64,000 nucleotides of DNA. Origin: a virus. How positions within the stretch are numbered: position 1 is the first letter of the stretch; each line of letters begins with the position of its first letter. Below are positions 29,605 to 38,772 of the stretch, piece after piece. The stretch is taken from IMG/VR virus record IMGVR_UViG_3300017989_005036, positions 11,421-75,420 of that record; one strand, 5' to 3'. The notes under the pieces were generated by a model that worked only from the letters and a program-made list of their open reading frames with translations, was not told the origin of the DNA and made no database searches. A program made the position numbers and the translations under genes.

Positions 29605-30414
29605 ATGGTAAATAAAGAAATGAATGATCTGAATTTCAAAACATGGTTTGAAGCAACTGACATTTTTGGTTTTGATCCCGAAATACGGGATGAAGCTATA
29701 AGTGACAATATGCTTGCACGTCCAATTTCACAGTTTAACATTGAGCTGATGATGGAGTTTCTCAACAACAAACGAGTTGGACTTCATACAGCTAATTGTC
29801 CTTTTGTGAATGAAATTCAATGGGGGACTGAACCGGGTTCAGCAATCAAACTGGAAGTTGATACAGGATACAGTTTTCATCTTAAGAAATTAGTCGTGGA
29901 TCTCCAAGGTCAAAAAAGATGGATCACGAAAAAACTGTTTCAGTTAAATCGACACGGCTATGGTGGACATGAAGACTCTGTCGCAAGTGAAGTTCATGAG
30001 CACATTCAAAAAGCAATGGAGTCTCCTATGGAATCTCCTGTCGAAGAATATGGAGATGGAGAGCTGCAAAAATTAGTGGTTCATTTGGCTGGTAGAATTC
30101 GCAGGGTTGCCAAAGAAGTATTCTTGTACCAAGGCGTGAAAAAAGTAGATGAAAACAATTACCTGATTATGTTTGAGTGCCGTGGTGGTGGAGTTGAAGC
30201 TCCAGATCAAAGAAGGGTAGAGAAAAACTTAACTCAAGTCACTTACGACAAAGAAGGCGGCACAATACGAATTCAAAACTACAATGTTGAAAGCCCGGTA
30301 GGGGGGCCTCATGAATGGGCTATTTCGCCGCAAGACATTGATTTGTATTTTCTCCCAACACAGCCAAGAGATGAAATTGCAGAAGTTGTTGGTGTTCATT
30401 TCAAGTATTATTGA
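29605..30414 (+). CDS. hypothetical protein (NFKTWFE N-terminus)
   Basis: 269 aa ORF. Confidence 0.6.
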   Translation: MVNKEMNDLNFKTWFEATDIFGFDPEIRDEAISDNMLARPISQFNIELMMEFLNNKRVGLHTANCPFVNEIQWGTEPGSAIKLEVDTGYSFHLKKLVVDLQGQKRWITKKLFQLNRHGYGGHEDSVASEVHEHIQKAMESPMESPVEEYGDGELQKLVVHLAGRIRRVAKEVFLYQGVKKVDENNYLIMFECRGGGVEAPDQRRVEKNLTQVTYDKEGGTIRIQNYNVESPVGGPHEWAISPQDIDLYFLPTQPRDEIAEVVGVHFKYY

Positions 30415-30601
30415 TTCTGTTTGAAAAACGACCATACCATGCGTATGTCATATTTTCCATTCTTTCCTGAATCAGGTCTTGTGCCCAATCAAACCACGTG
30501 TCTGCGAGTAGAATGCCTGCTATGATAAATATAATGGTAAGTAACTTCATGGTAATTCTCCAGTAATTCAATTTCATTATCGAAACCAGAGACATTAAAC
30601 T

Positions 30602-31087
30602 TTAGAAGCCTTCTATTGCCCATTCTATTTTTCCTTCTAAATCCATTTCATATGGATTATCCCTTAACTCGATAGCCAAAAAGATATCATCTGGATGATT
30701 CCAGTGTCCAGCAGGATGACCTGTGTCAATGCAATCTTCACAAGTAATGTATAATCTTCTTTCGCCTCGATATTCTCTTCGAAAACTATAGTTTCGACAA
30801 ACAGGACATTCTATGTTCGGAATAGGGTTTTCTGAATGGTAATTGTTGATTCCCCAACGCCATAGATTGGGAGTAGTACAATAATCACGAAAAACAGGTG
30901 GCATCCATTCATTTATACGTTTTTGTTCGATTCTAAAATTCACCCATCCACCGTTTAATGTCATTTGATGATATTGAATTGAACTGTTTAAAGGAGAACA
31001 CAATAAGTTCATTAACCCTTCAACAGTTTGGGCCATGCGTTCAGGTGTAGTTTGAAAAACTTCTTCTCCAACAGGATAAACAACCAT
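30602..31087 (-). CDS. hypothetical zinc-ribbon protein ending IEWAIEGF
   Basis: CPVC...CEDC; C-terminal motif. Confidence 0.6.
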   Translation of the reverse strand: MVVYPVGEEVFQTTPERMAQTVEGLMNLLCSPLNSSIQYHQMTLNGGWVNFRIEQKRINEWMPPVFRDYCTTPNLWRWGINNYHSENPIPNIECPVCRNYSFRREYRGERRLYITCEDCIDTGHPAGHWNHPDDIFLAIELRDNPYEMDLEGKIEWAIEGF

Positions 31088-31443
31088 CAGAACCCCTCAG
31101 TGGCCCAATCAACTATTTTCAAAGCTCGTGCCCATAATGGTTTTCTCGTAAAAAACACACATTCAGAGTCATCAAAGCATACAACTTTGAAATGCACCTC
31201 TGTTGGCAACCAATCATTATATTCAACACGCCTGACAACATTTTCGGCAGAATAGAAAAGCCATTCCAGCCCATCTTCTAAAAGACATCGCTTTCCTTCG
31301 TCTTCTCCTGCTCTAAGAAGAACTTCTCTATTTATAACCAAAGGAGTCAATTGAAAACCTGTTTTCCAGCTTTGTTTGTTGTTGAAGGTTATTCCAGAGA
31401 TCCAAAAAACATCGAAATATTTGATATTCTTTGCCATCTTCAT
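31087..31443 (-). CDS. hypothetical protein ending VDWATEGF
   Basis: ORF; start uncertain (overlaps upstream ORF). Confidence 0.5.
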   Translation of the reverse strand: MKMAKNIKYFDVFWISGITFNNKQSWKTGFQLTPLVINREVLLRAGEDEGKRCLLEDGLEWLFYSAENVVRRVEYNDWLPTEVHFKVVCFDDSECVFFTRKPLWARALKIVDWATEGF

Positions 31444-31562
31444 CAGTTGTTAAAAAGTAAACATATCTTCCATCGTCACTTAAACAATAAAGAACTGTTG
31501 TTGAGTTTGTAAGAAAGTGATCTAAAAGATCATATGATGTAATAACAATACTTCGTTGTCTT

Positions 31563-32267
31563 TTAACAACCGTCTTCAAATTCGCAGCCAAATTCGTATT
31601 CAAAAAAACGTACTGTGTCATCTGTGACATCTTTCTTGTACAAAGTAGGATCAAATTCACATTCTTTAGACAAGCGTTCTATGTATGGTTTCACAAAAGG
31701 TGAAAGCATGACATAAATCATTGAAATTTTACCCTGCATGATCCAGAGTTTGAAATAACCATTGTCTATGAATTCTGCAATTTTGCTTTCTGTGGGTTGT
31801 CCTTCACACCTTTCATAAACAAATTTTTTCGTCCTTAAAAGTTCACGATTAAGTTTAGTGTCAATCACTGGAGGAGGTTCTTTGTGATTGACTTGAGCCA
31901 TCTTTTTATCGTAAAGTCTCTTCCAGATTTTCCAACGAATCCATGCTTTGTCACCACACAAAGTGTTGATTTCCATGTAACCTTTGTATGCCTTTAAAAC
32001 AGTCAGGTTTGCTGTAATATACAGCGGCATTTCTTCTGCTGTGAGCAGACCTCTGGTTTCTCGTCGAAGTTTCCAGCAGTAGCGGAAAAGATGAGAGGTT
32101 CTTGGATCTCTTTTCTTTGGAAGCTTGTTCCTTCTTCGCCATTCTGCGGTCTTTAGGTTATTTGGAGTGTGTTTTTCGACTTCTTTCTCCCAAAGAAGGG
32201 CAATTTTGTACGTCTCCGCTTCAGGAGTCGTCATGTTCCATTGGAAGATTGGGTCGTATTGAGACAA
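31563..32267 (-). CDS. hypothetical protein divergent from ncRNA/polA
   Basis: 234 aa ORF with AAGGAG RBS. Confidence 0.65.
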   Translation of the reverse strand: MSQYDPIFQWNMTTPEAETYKIALLWEKEVEKHTPNNLKTAEWRRRNKLPKKRDPRTSHLFRYCWKLRRETRGLLTAEEMPLYITANLTVLKAYKGYMEINTLCGDKAWIRWKIWKRLYDKKMAQVNHKEPPPVIDTKLNRELLRTKKFVYERCEGQPTESKIAEFIDNGYFKLWIMQGKISMIYVMLSPFVKPYIERLSKECEFDPTLYKKDVTDDTVRFFEYEFGCEFEDGC

Positions 32268-32340
32268 AATTTACTCCTTTGGCGGCAATCATAGCAACGA
32301 AAAAGATAGGATGCAACAGAATTATCTATCGATATTAGTG

Positions 32341-32369
32341 TTGCAGAACTTAACTGATTTTACTATGAT
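32341..32369 (+). promoter_or_regulatory. sigma70-type promoter
   Basis: TTGCAG-N17-TATGAT. Confidence 0.6.
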
Positions 32370-32375
32370 GTTCGT

Positions 32376-32770
32376 TGAATTACTGTGAAGTTACGTTACT
32401 CCGATGAGAAGGCTTTGATAGTCGCTGGACTTGGAGAGAAAACCATAGGGAGGCGGGTGGTTCTTACCGTGCAACAGCAGACTTTACAAGAGTCTAAGGC
32501 TTACTCCCTGTACCGAGGTAATCCTTATGAGACGCCCTCAGTAGCGTTGTCTAACTTAGAACTTTAAGTTGGGTTAGAGGGCACCTTTAGACGAACTCAT
32601 AAGGTTAGCAGGGCAAACAACTATCTTCGAAAACTCGCCATTGTTGTGAGCAAGGTGCGGTACGCCATGAAATTATCATGAGTGAACCGTTTGGGATCGA
32701 GGTACGCACTGTACCTTCTCTATTTGTCCCCGGAAACAAGGAACTTATATTAGTTCTTTATTTTCTTTTA
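32376..32770 (+). ncRNA. structured ncRNA candidate (~390 nt)
   Basis: promoter upstream, nested helices (ccttatgag/ctcataagg, gccctc/gagggc, ctaactta/taagttgg, tagggag/ctccctg, agact/agtct), hairpin plus T-run at end. Confidence 0.5.
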
Positions 32771-32921
32771 CTTTGTTCATTAACAACGCTACTTGGTATG
32801 CGCAGAGAAAACTTAAGTAGCTGAATTGACTTTGAAAAACTCCTCTTCCAAGATCTTTTCGATCTTGTTATCTTGTTGCTTCAATCGAAGGAGGGTTTTG
32901 GGATATTGGTGGAATTTTTTG

Positions 32922-34238
32922 ATGAGCAAACTCTATGAAGCAGCATGGCACTTGGGAGACTTGCTGGAAAATTCCACCAGAGCTTATCTGCGGGTGGAAC
33001 CTGAATTTTTGGATTATTCCATTCATAAACCCGGCAAGATCATCATTGAAGGCAAGGGCCGAGTTGAAATCGAATTGAATCGCAATAATGTTGCTCAGGT
33101 TGCTGGCATGTTGGAAGCGACGATTTTTGACAAAGAACAGCTTCCGGTTTTGTTGTGTTACAACATCAAACCACTTTTTAGTTATTTTCGTTTTTATCTC
33201 CAAAGAGAGATTATCCCGTCCACGGCTATCGTAGACCTCAATGTCATCGAAAGCTTCCTGAACCTTAATAAAAAACGGCCAGAAAATTTAGTAGAAGCGA
33301 TAAATAGATCAGAGGTGGCATCCAAATACAAAAGTTGGATCAATGTGTACAAACAAGTTCATCTCCCCTTCATTTTACGGGTCATGCCGTCCATTGAAAC
33401 GAACCCGTTGCTCGATACGGCAGACAAAACACCAAGATACCCATACTATGAAATTGAAGGGCAAGTCAGTGGTCGTTTGAATTGTCTCAAGAAATTCAAC
33501 AAAGGTTATTTGCCACACAATCTAAGTCTTGAACAAAAACAAAAATTGAAACCCAGAGGAGATGCGAGAATATTTTTCTCAGCAGACTACCGTCACTGTG
33601 AGGTTACAGTTCTTCAATGGTTGTCTAAGGACGAAGTCCTGAAAGGAATCATAGAATCAGGTGAAGATTTACACTCTGAAATTTTTCGGATCATTTTAGG
33701 GGAAAAATGCGATACTCCTAAGAAAAGAAAAATATCCAAGAGAATGTTTCTTCCAGTCATGTATGGATTGGGAGGAAAAGGTTTGTCCAAGATGCTGGAA
33801 GTCTCAGAAGAAGTGGGATTCGAGATAGTAGACAGAATACATCGAAAATTTGTTACTGCATCAAGGTGGATGCAGGCCCAACAGGATAAAGCCAAAGAAA
33901 AAGGCATGACCATTGACTGTTTGGGAAGACCCCGTAAGTATGCGGAAAATGAATGGTACAAAGCACGCAACCATGCAGTCCAAGGTCCAGCCGCCTCAGT
34001 TTGTGCTGAGAAAGCAATTCAACTACATAATGATCTTATCCCTACTGGGGGTAGAATTTGTTATACAGTTCATGATGGATATGCTTTAACATGTCCTGTT
34101 CAAGAAGCAAAAACAATGCCTGAGATCATTTGTGGGGCTTTGGAGTCCGAGTCTAAATTATGTCCGGGCTTGAACATGGGAGTGGAAATATGTTATGGTA
34201 AGAGCCTTGACCAAATGAAGGTCTTGAAGGGAGGGTAA
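32922..34238 (+). CDS. short family-A DNA polymerase (degenerate exonuclease, thumb apparently missing)
   Basis: motif A SADYRHCEV, motif B RKISKRMFLPVMYG, motif C TVHDG, SGRL, NHAVQG.AA. Confidence 0.85.
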   Translation: MSKLYEAAWHLGDLLENSTRAYLRVEPEFLDYSIHKPGKIIIEGKGRVEIELNRNNVAQVAGMLEATIFDKEQLPVLLCYNIKPLFSYFRFYLQREIIPSTAIVDLNVIESFLNLNKKRPENLVEAINRSEVASKYKSWINVYKQVHLPFILRVMPSIETNPLLDTADKTPRYPYYEIEGQVSGRLNCLKKFNKGYLPHNLSLEQKQKLKPRGDARIFFSADYRHCEVTVLQWLSKDEVLKGIIESGEDLHSEIFRIILGEKCDTPKKRKISKRMFLPVMYGLGGKGLSKMLEVSEEVGFEIVDRIHRKFVTASRWMQAQQDKAKEKGMTIDCLGRPRKYAENEWYKARNHAVQGPAASVCAEKAIQLHNDLIPTGGRICYTVHDGYALTCPVQEAKTMPEIICGALESESKLCPGLNMGVEICYGKSLDQMKVLKGG

Positions 34239-34795
34239 TGAAATCGATACAAAAATCGTTTCCAGTAACAGAGGAAGAGTACGAACTGTTACATAAAAAG
34301 TTTGGTAAATATTGTTACTACATTGCTTGGCAACTGAAGAGAAATAATACCAAGAATAATTCTACGGATGACTTTGACGACATAACGCAGCAACTTCAAA
34401 TTGCGTTGATCAGAGCAGCTTCATACTACAAGCGGCAGTGTTACATAGAAGCCAGCCTTGAAAGCTTAAAACCAAGAATCAAAGATGAGTTCAACAAAAA
34501 GATTCTTCAATCACTTGAGAAACTTTGGAACAATCGAACTCGTCATGGAGCAAACCGGCAGAAATTTGGTGAGTTTCAGGAAATGATTTTGGATGGTCTT
34601 CTTAAGAAGTACGTTCCTAAAAAGTTTCGACCTGATAAAGAAGCTCAGTTGGTAATGGACTCTAAGTTTGCGACCTATTGCAAGCAGATTGCTTGGAATG
34701 AGCAGCGGTCGATGGGCAAGAAAATTACCAGAGAGAAATCTTGGAGAACTGGTCTCGTTTCGTTATCAGAATTTGACTATTTAGGGTCTCATTAA
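34238..34795 (+). CDS. sigma-factor-like protein (region 2)
   Basis: DDFDDITQQLQIALIRAA ... KFATYCKQIAWN resembles sigma70 regions 2.2/2.3 with an insertion; no region 4. Confidence 0.55.
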   Translation: MKSIQKSFPVTEEEYELLHKKFGKYCYYIAWQLKRNNTKNNSTDDFDDITQQLQIALIRAASYYKRQCYIEASLESLKPRIKDEFNKKILQSLEKLWNNRTRHGANRQKFGEFQEMILDGLLKKYVPKKFRPDKEAQLVMDSKFATYCKQIAWNEQRSMGKKITREKSWRTGLVSLSEFDYLGSH

Positions 34796-34827
34796 TTTAG
34801 CAACAATTGAACTGTTGAAAGACATTT

Positions 34828-34857
34828 AACCCGATCATTTTTGTGATCGGGTTTTTT
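34828..34857 (+). terminator. intrinsic terminator
   Basis: aacccgatca/tgatcgggtt plus T-run. Confidence 0.8.
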
Positions 34858-34940
34858 GTTTGAAAAATTGAGTAGAGGTGTCATAGAATTTCTGTTATGC
34901 TTCTATGATGTAAGAATTGATGTTAGATTGAGGAGGTGTT

Positions 34941-36485
34941 ATGACAGACCAAGCACACATTGAAGACTTAGTGGACCCTGATGCAGAGGGAGATGCTCGC
35001 TATTCTTGGGATGAAGATTTTCAAAGACATATTATTTCTATGCTGCTTTCAGATAAGCAGTTTTTGTTGCAGGGCATGAACCTTGTTAAGCCTTCGTATT
35101 TTACAAATAAAGCACATTCAAAAGTTTGTGAGATCCTCTTCTCATATTTCGAGAAGCATAAAGGTCAGCCAACTCGTATTATCCTCACTCAGGAATTGAA
35201 AGATGATTTCAAAGGCAATAAAGCGTTGCCATATTATCTTGGCGAATTAAATGCTGTTTATGATTATTACCAACCCGGTCTTGATGCCAGAGATTACCTA
35301 ACTGACAAGATCGCTTACTTTGCAAAAATTCAAGCTCTAAAATCGGCTTTTAAAAAGTCGATGGATGAAATTAATGCTAATCCCGAACAGGCTGAAACTT
35401 GGGATAAGGTTTACGAGATGTTGCAGAAAGCAATGATCGTAGACAGGACATTTGAAATTGGTACAAGCTATTTAAAAGAAGCTCGTGATCGATATGATCG
35501 AATGGCAGAAGTAGAAGATACAGGCGATGTTTTTCCTATTGGTCTCCACAGTGTGGATTCCAGTCTCAAAGGAAACGGATTCCGAAGAGGGCAATCTATT
35601 GGAGTCATGGCTGACTCTGGTGTTGGTAAGTCGGTTATGCTGGCCTGTATTGGTGCTTATAATGCCTTACGTGGTCATAAAGTTCTTTATTTGTCATGTG
35701 AAAACTATGAGGATGAAATTGCTGAAAGACTGGACTCTATTCTCACAGGGGCTCCTATTCGGTCTCTTTGGGATCACCGAGAAGATGTATTTGAAAAGCT
35801 CGAAGGTAAAGTTTCAGTAGGGCAAAGAGATGATGGTGAGCCTGTTTATTTTAATCCTGAAGAAGATTTGATTATCATTAAGAAATTTGCACAGAAAACA
35901 GCAACTCCAAATACAATATTAGCTTATTTAACTCAGTTGAAATATAGGGGTTGGACGCCAGACGTAGTTATTTTAGACTATATTGGTGAAATGAAAGACT
36001 ATCCTAACATGAAAACCTATGAAAGTCGTGAGCGTATGGCTGGCGAACTTCAAGGTCTTGCCGATGAGTGGAAGTTCTTTTTAGCAACAGCCGTTCAGCC
36101 AAACAGATCAGGCAAAGAAGCTCAAGAGAGTGGTCACCTGTCTCAGGCTCATATGGCAGATGCTTTTGGTCAAATGCGGCCATTGTATTGTTGTATTACA
36201 TTGAACCAAAATGACAGAGAGTCGGCTGTATTTTGTGGTCGTGGATGGGTTGAAAAACAAAGAAACGGTCCCAAACATTATCAGTTCTATTTGGACTTTA
36301 ACCCTAAGACTTTGAAAATCACTGAAATATCGAAAGAGACATATCGAGATCGAATGCAGGGTCAACAAAGCCAAGTAGTTAGTGAAGTTGAGACAGATAC
36401 GATTAAGTCAATTGAGAGTAGTGTCGAAGATGCTGCTGTAGATAATGCAAAGAAAAATTTTCAACCACCTGATGAAGAGGAATAA
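34941..36485 (+). CDS. DnaB/gp41-like replicative helicase
   Basis: DSGVGKS Walker A, YLSCE, VILDY, TAVQPNR, KQRNG. Confidence 0.88.
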   Translation: MTDQAHIEDLVDPDAEGDARYSWDEDFQRHIISMLLSDKQFLLQGMNLVKPSYFTNKAHSKVCEILFSYFEKHKGQPTRIILTQELKDDFKGNKALPYYLGELNAVYDYYQPGLDARDYLTDKIAYFAKIQALKSAFKKSMDEINANPEQAETWDKVYEMLQKAMIVDRTFEIGTSYLKEARDRYDRMAEVEDTGDVFPIGLHSVDSSLKGNGFRRGQSIGVMADSGVGKSVMLACIGAYNALRGHKVLYLSCENYEDEIAERLDSILTGAPIRSLWDHREDVFEKLEGKVSVGQRDDGEPVYFNPEEDLIIIKKFAQKTATPNTILAYLTQLKYRGWTPDVVILDYIGEMKDYPNMKTYESRERMAGELQGLADEWKFFLATAVQPNRSGKEAQESGHLSQAHMADAFGQMRPLYCCITLNQNDRESAVFCGRGWVEKQRNGPKHYQFYLDFNPKTLKITEISKETYRDRMQGQQSQVVSEVETDTIKSIESSVEDAAVDNAKKNFQPPDEEE

Positions 36486-36742
36486 GAGGAATAAGATGAG
36501 TAATATGATAAAAAGAAGATTAGTTACATTACGTGTTATGATTGATTCGCTCATTATGTTAACGGCTTTGTATTCATTTTCACAAAATGCAGTAATGAAG
36601 GATGGAGTATTGAAAGGTTGCTTCATGCTTCTGTTCATAATTGCCAGTCATAGCTGCACTGATCACTTCGGCAAATATTTACCACCCAAAGAAGATAAAC
36701 AAGGGATAGGTAAGTTGGATAAAAACACATTGGGGATAAAAA

Positions 36743-37312
36743 ATGATCGATAAAGAAACAATCAAAATCGCTGATCGAGAAGTAACGATTGATCCAACAA
36801 TTCTGAAATTTGATGAGTCAACTCTCACGAATTATATTCAAACAGAAGGTGGGTATTATGACAATTACGGAGCGTATTTGGCATTGGCAGAGAAAGCGTT
36901 ACATTTATGTGAGATGCAATACGACCAGATTTACACTGAGCGATTTGCTGAAGCAAAAGACAATGGCGGAAGCGACAAATTGGCTGAAGCAAAAGCTAAA
37001 TCTGATCCCGAAGTAGTCAATGCTCGGGAATATGTCATTGAAGCAAAATACAAAGTAAAGAGACTTCAGCAGCACTTGAGAGCATGGGACAAAAACCATG
37101 ATAACGCTCAAAGTCTTGGCCATATGATTCGAAAAGAGATGGATAAATTAAACGCTGATATTATGGGTCGTGCCAGCGGTCTTGATATTGAAAGGTTTAA
37201 AGAAGAACGTCGTTTGGAGCAAGGTGTTGCTCCAATTGAGGAACAAATCGAGGAATCTAAAGGTATTGAAGATGGTCTCGATATGGACGATCTTCGGTCT
37301 TTGGTGGGTTAA
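36743..37312 (+). CDS. UvsY-like recombination mediator
   Basis: helical protein with K..G.SDKLAEA...DPEV pattern, downstream of helicase. Confidence 0.55.
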   Translation: MIDKETIKIADREVTIDPTILKFDESTLTNYIQTEGGYYDNYGAYLALAEKALHLCEMQYDQIYTERFAEAKDNGGSDKLAEAKAKSDPEVVNAREYVIEAKYKVKRLQQHLRAWDKNHDNAQSLGHMIRKEMDKLNADIMGRASGLDIERFKEERRLEQGVAPIEEQIEESKGIEDGLDMDDLRSLVG

Positions 37313-37648
37313 ATGGACATTGGCGGAATTGACATTTGGTTCAATTATGCAGATCACAAGAAGTTCATAACAGCAGCTTATGAAGCATCACGTGAGATTT
37401 GGCCTAAATTGTTTCTTGAACACATGGATGCTTCAGAAGTTTTTATCTTCAAAGACAGGACTTCTTTTGAAGCTTGGGGCTCAGGGCCTTATGAGGATTT
37501 TCATAATACGATGATTCACGTTGTTTGCAATAAGGGTTGTACTGTTGTTGTGGATGACAAAGATCACCCAGATAATCAGCATGTTCTCACCGCTTTGGAA
37601 ACTTTGTTGTGATGATTTTGGCAGTTTGCTTCACTACAATACAAAGTT

Positions 37649-38170
37649 ATGAAGTTTAGTGAATTCATTCAGGAAAACATCTTTGATGACGATTTTGACA
37701 TTAGTCAATGGCGTGAAAAAATAAAACGTCGAGGGAAAGAAGTTCAAAGAAAAAGAATCACACAACCTGATGTATTGGTCGTTTATCATGGTTTCAATGT
37801 AGACCCTGCGAGTATTGATTACACTTTTGACCCAAGTAAATCAGAGCAAGGATTATTGTGGTTCACACACAAATACGTTCGAGGTCATGATTATCGAGAT
37901 TACGCAAAAGGGAAAGGTGGATATGTTCTCCAATACCCATTGCAAATTCAAAGGCACACTGATATTGTGACCTATGAAAATGGTTCGCAGGAAAATAAAA
38001 TTCCAGAAGATCTTTTTAATCAAATTGATTCAACTTCTAATGGAAGATTCATGGGTGATTTTGACAATGTCATGGAATTGCCCCAAGGTTGGTTTTTCAC
38101 GTACAAATATGAAAAATTCATTGGAACAAATCAGGTTTTAAAGGTTAAACCAGAACAAATCACTTCATAG
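37649..38170 (+). CDS. possible ADP-ribosyltransferase-fold protein with MKFSEFIQE N-terminus
   Basis: VVYHG...FDP....GLLWFT pattern. Confidence 0.4.
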   Translation: MKFSEFIQENIFDDDFDISQWREKIKRRGKEVQRKRITQPDVLVVYHGFNVDPASIDYTFDPSKSEQGLLWFTHKYVRGHDYRDYAKGKGGYVLQYPLQIQRHTDIVTYENGSQENKIPEDLFNQIDSTSNGRFMGDFDNVMELPQGWFFTYKYEKFIGTNQVLKVKPEQITS

Positions 38171-38190
38171 TTTTTTGCAAGGAAGCAAAA

Positions 38191-38772
38191 ATGATCGACC
38201 CGGTTAGGTTCACTAATTACAATTTGGATGATCAAGGTTTACAGGAATACATACTTTTCGCCATTTCGGCAGCAGGAAAAAACGCAACAACGGCAGCCAG
38301 AATCTTAGATGAATTTTTAAATCATGCCAAAGAGACAACAGGTGGAAAAGATCATTTTGATTGCGTGCTAAAAATTGCCAAAGATAAATCATTGCCATCT
38401 GTTTTAAAAAGCTTTGGGTTTGGTTGTTTTAATTTGAAGGGCCAAGGATTTCTTGAGATTGCCCAAAGTGGGTTGGATTTAAAAAGTTGTTCTGTTGTTG
38501 ATCTTGAAAAGATCAAAGGCATTGGAATGAAAACCAGCAGGTTTTTTGTGATGCATACACGACGCAACGCAGGTGTAGCTTGTCTTGATGTTCATATTCT
38601 TCGTTGGATGAAGAAACGAGGCTTTAAGAACATTCCCCAGCAGACACCAACAGGTAAGCGTTATTTGGAAATCGAGAAGAAGTTTTTGGATGTAGCGAAA
38701 CGTCTCAATAAAGAAGTTGCAACTTTAGATTTGGCAATTTGGAATGATGAACGAGGAAGTTTTGATTCTTAA
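38191..38772 (+). CDS. HhH-GPD DNA glycosylase-like (OGG/endonuclease III fold)
   Basis: IKGIGMKTSRFF, ACLDVHILRWM, YLEIEK, LDLAIW. Confidence 0.8.
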   Translation: MIDPVRFTNYNLDDQGLQEYILFAISAAGKNATTAARILDEFLNHAKETTGGKDHFDCVLKIAKDKSLPSVLKSFGFGCFNLKGQGFLEIAQSGLDLKSCSVVDLEKIKGIGMKTSRFFVMHTRRNAGVACLDVHILRWMKKRGFKNIPQQTPTGKRYLEIEKKFLDVAKRLNKEVATLDLAIWNDERGSFDS

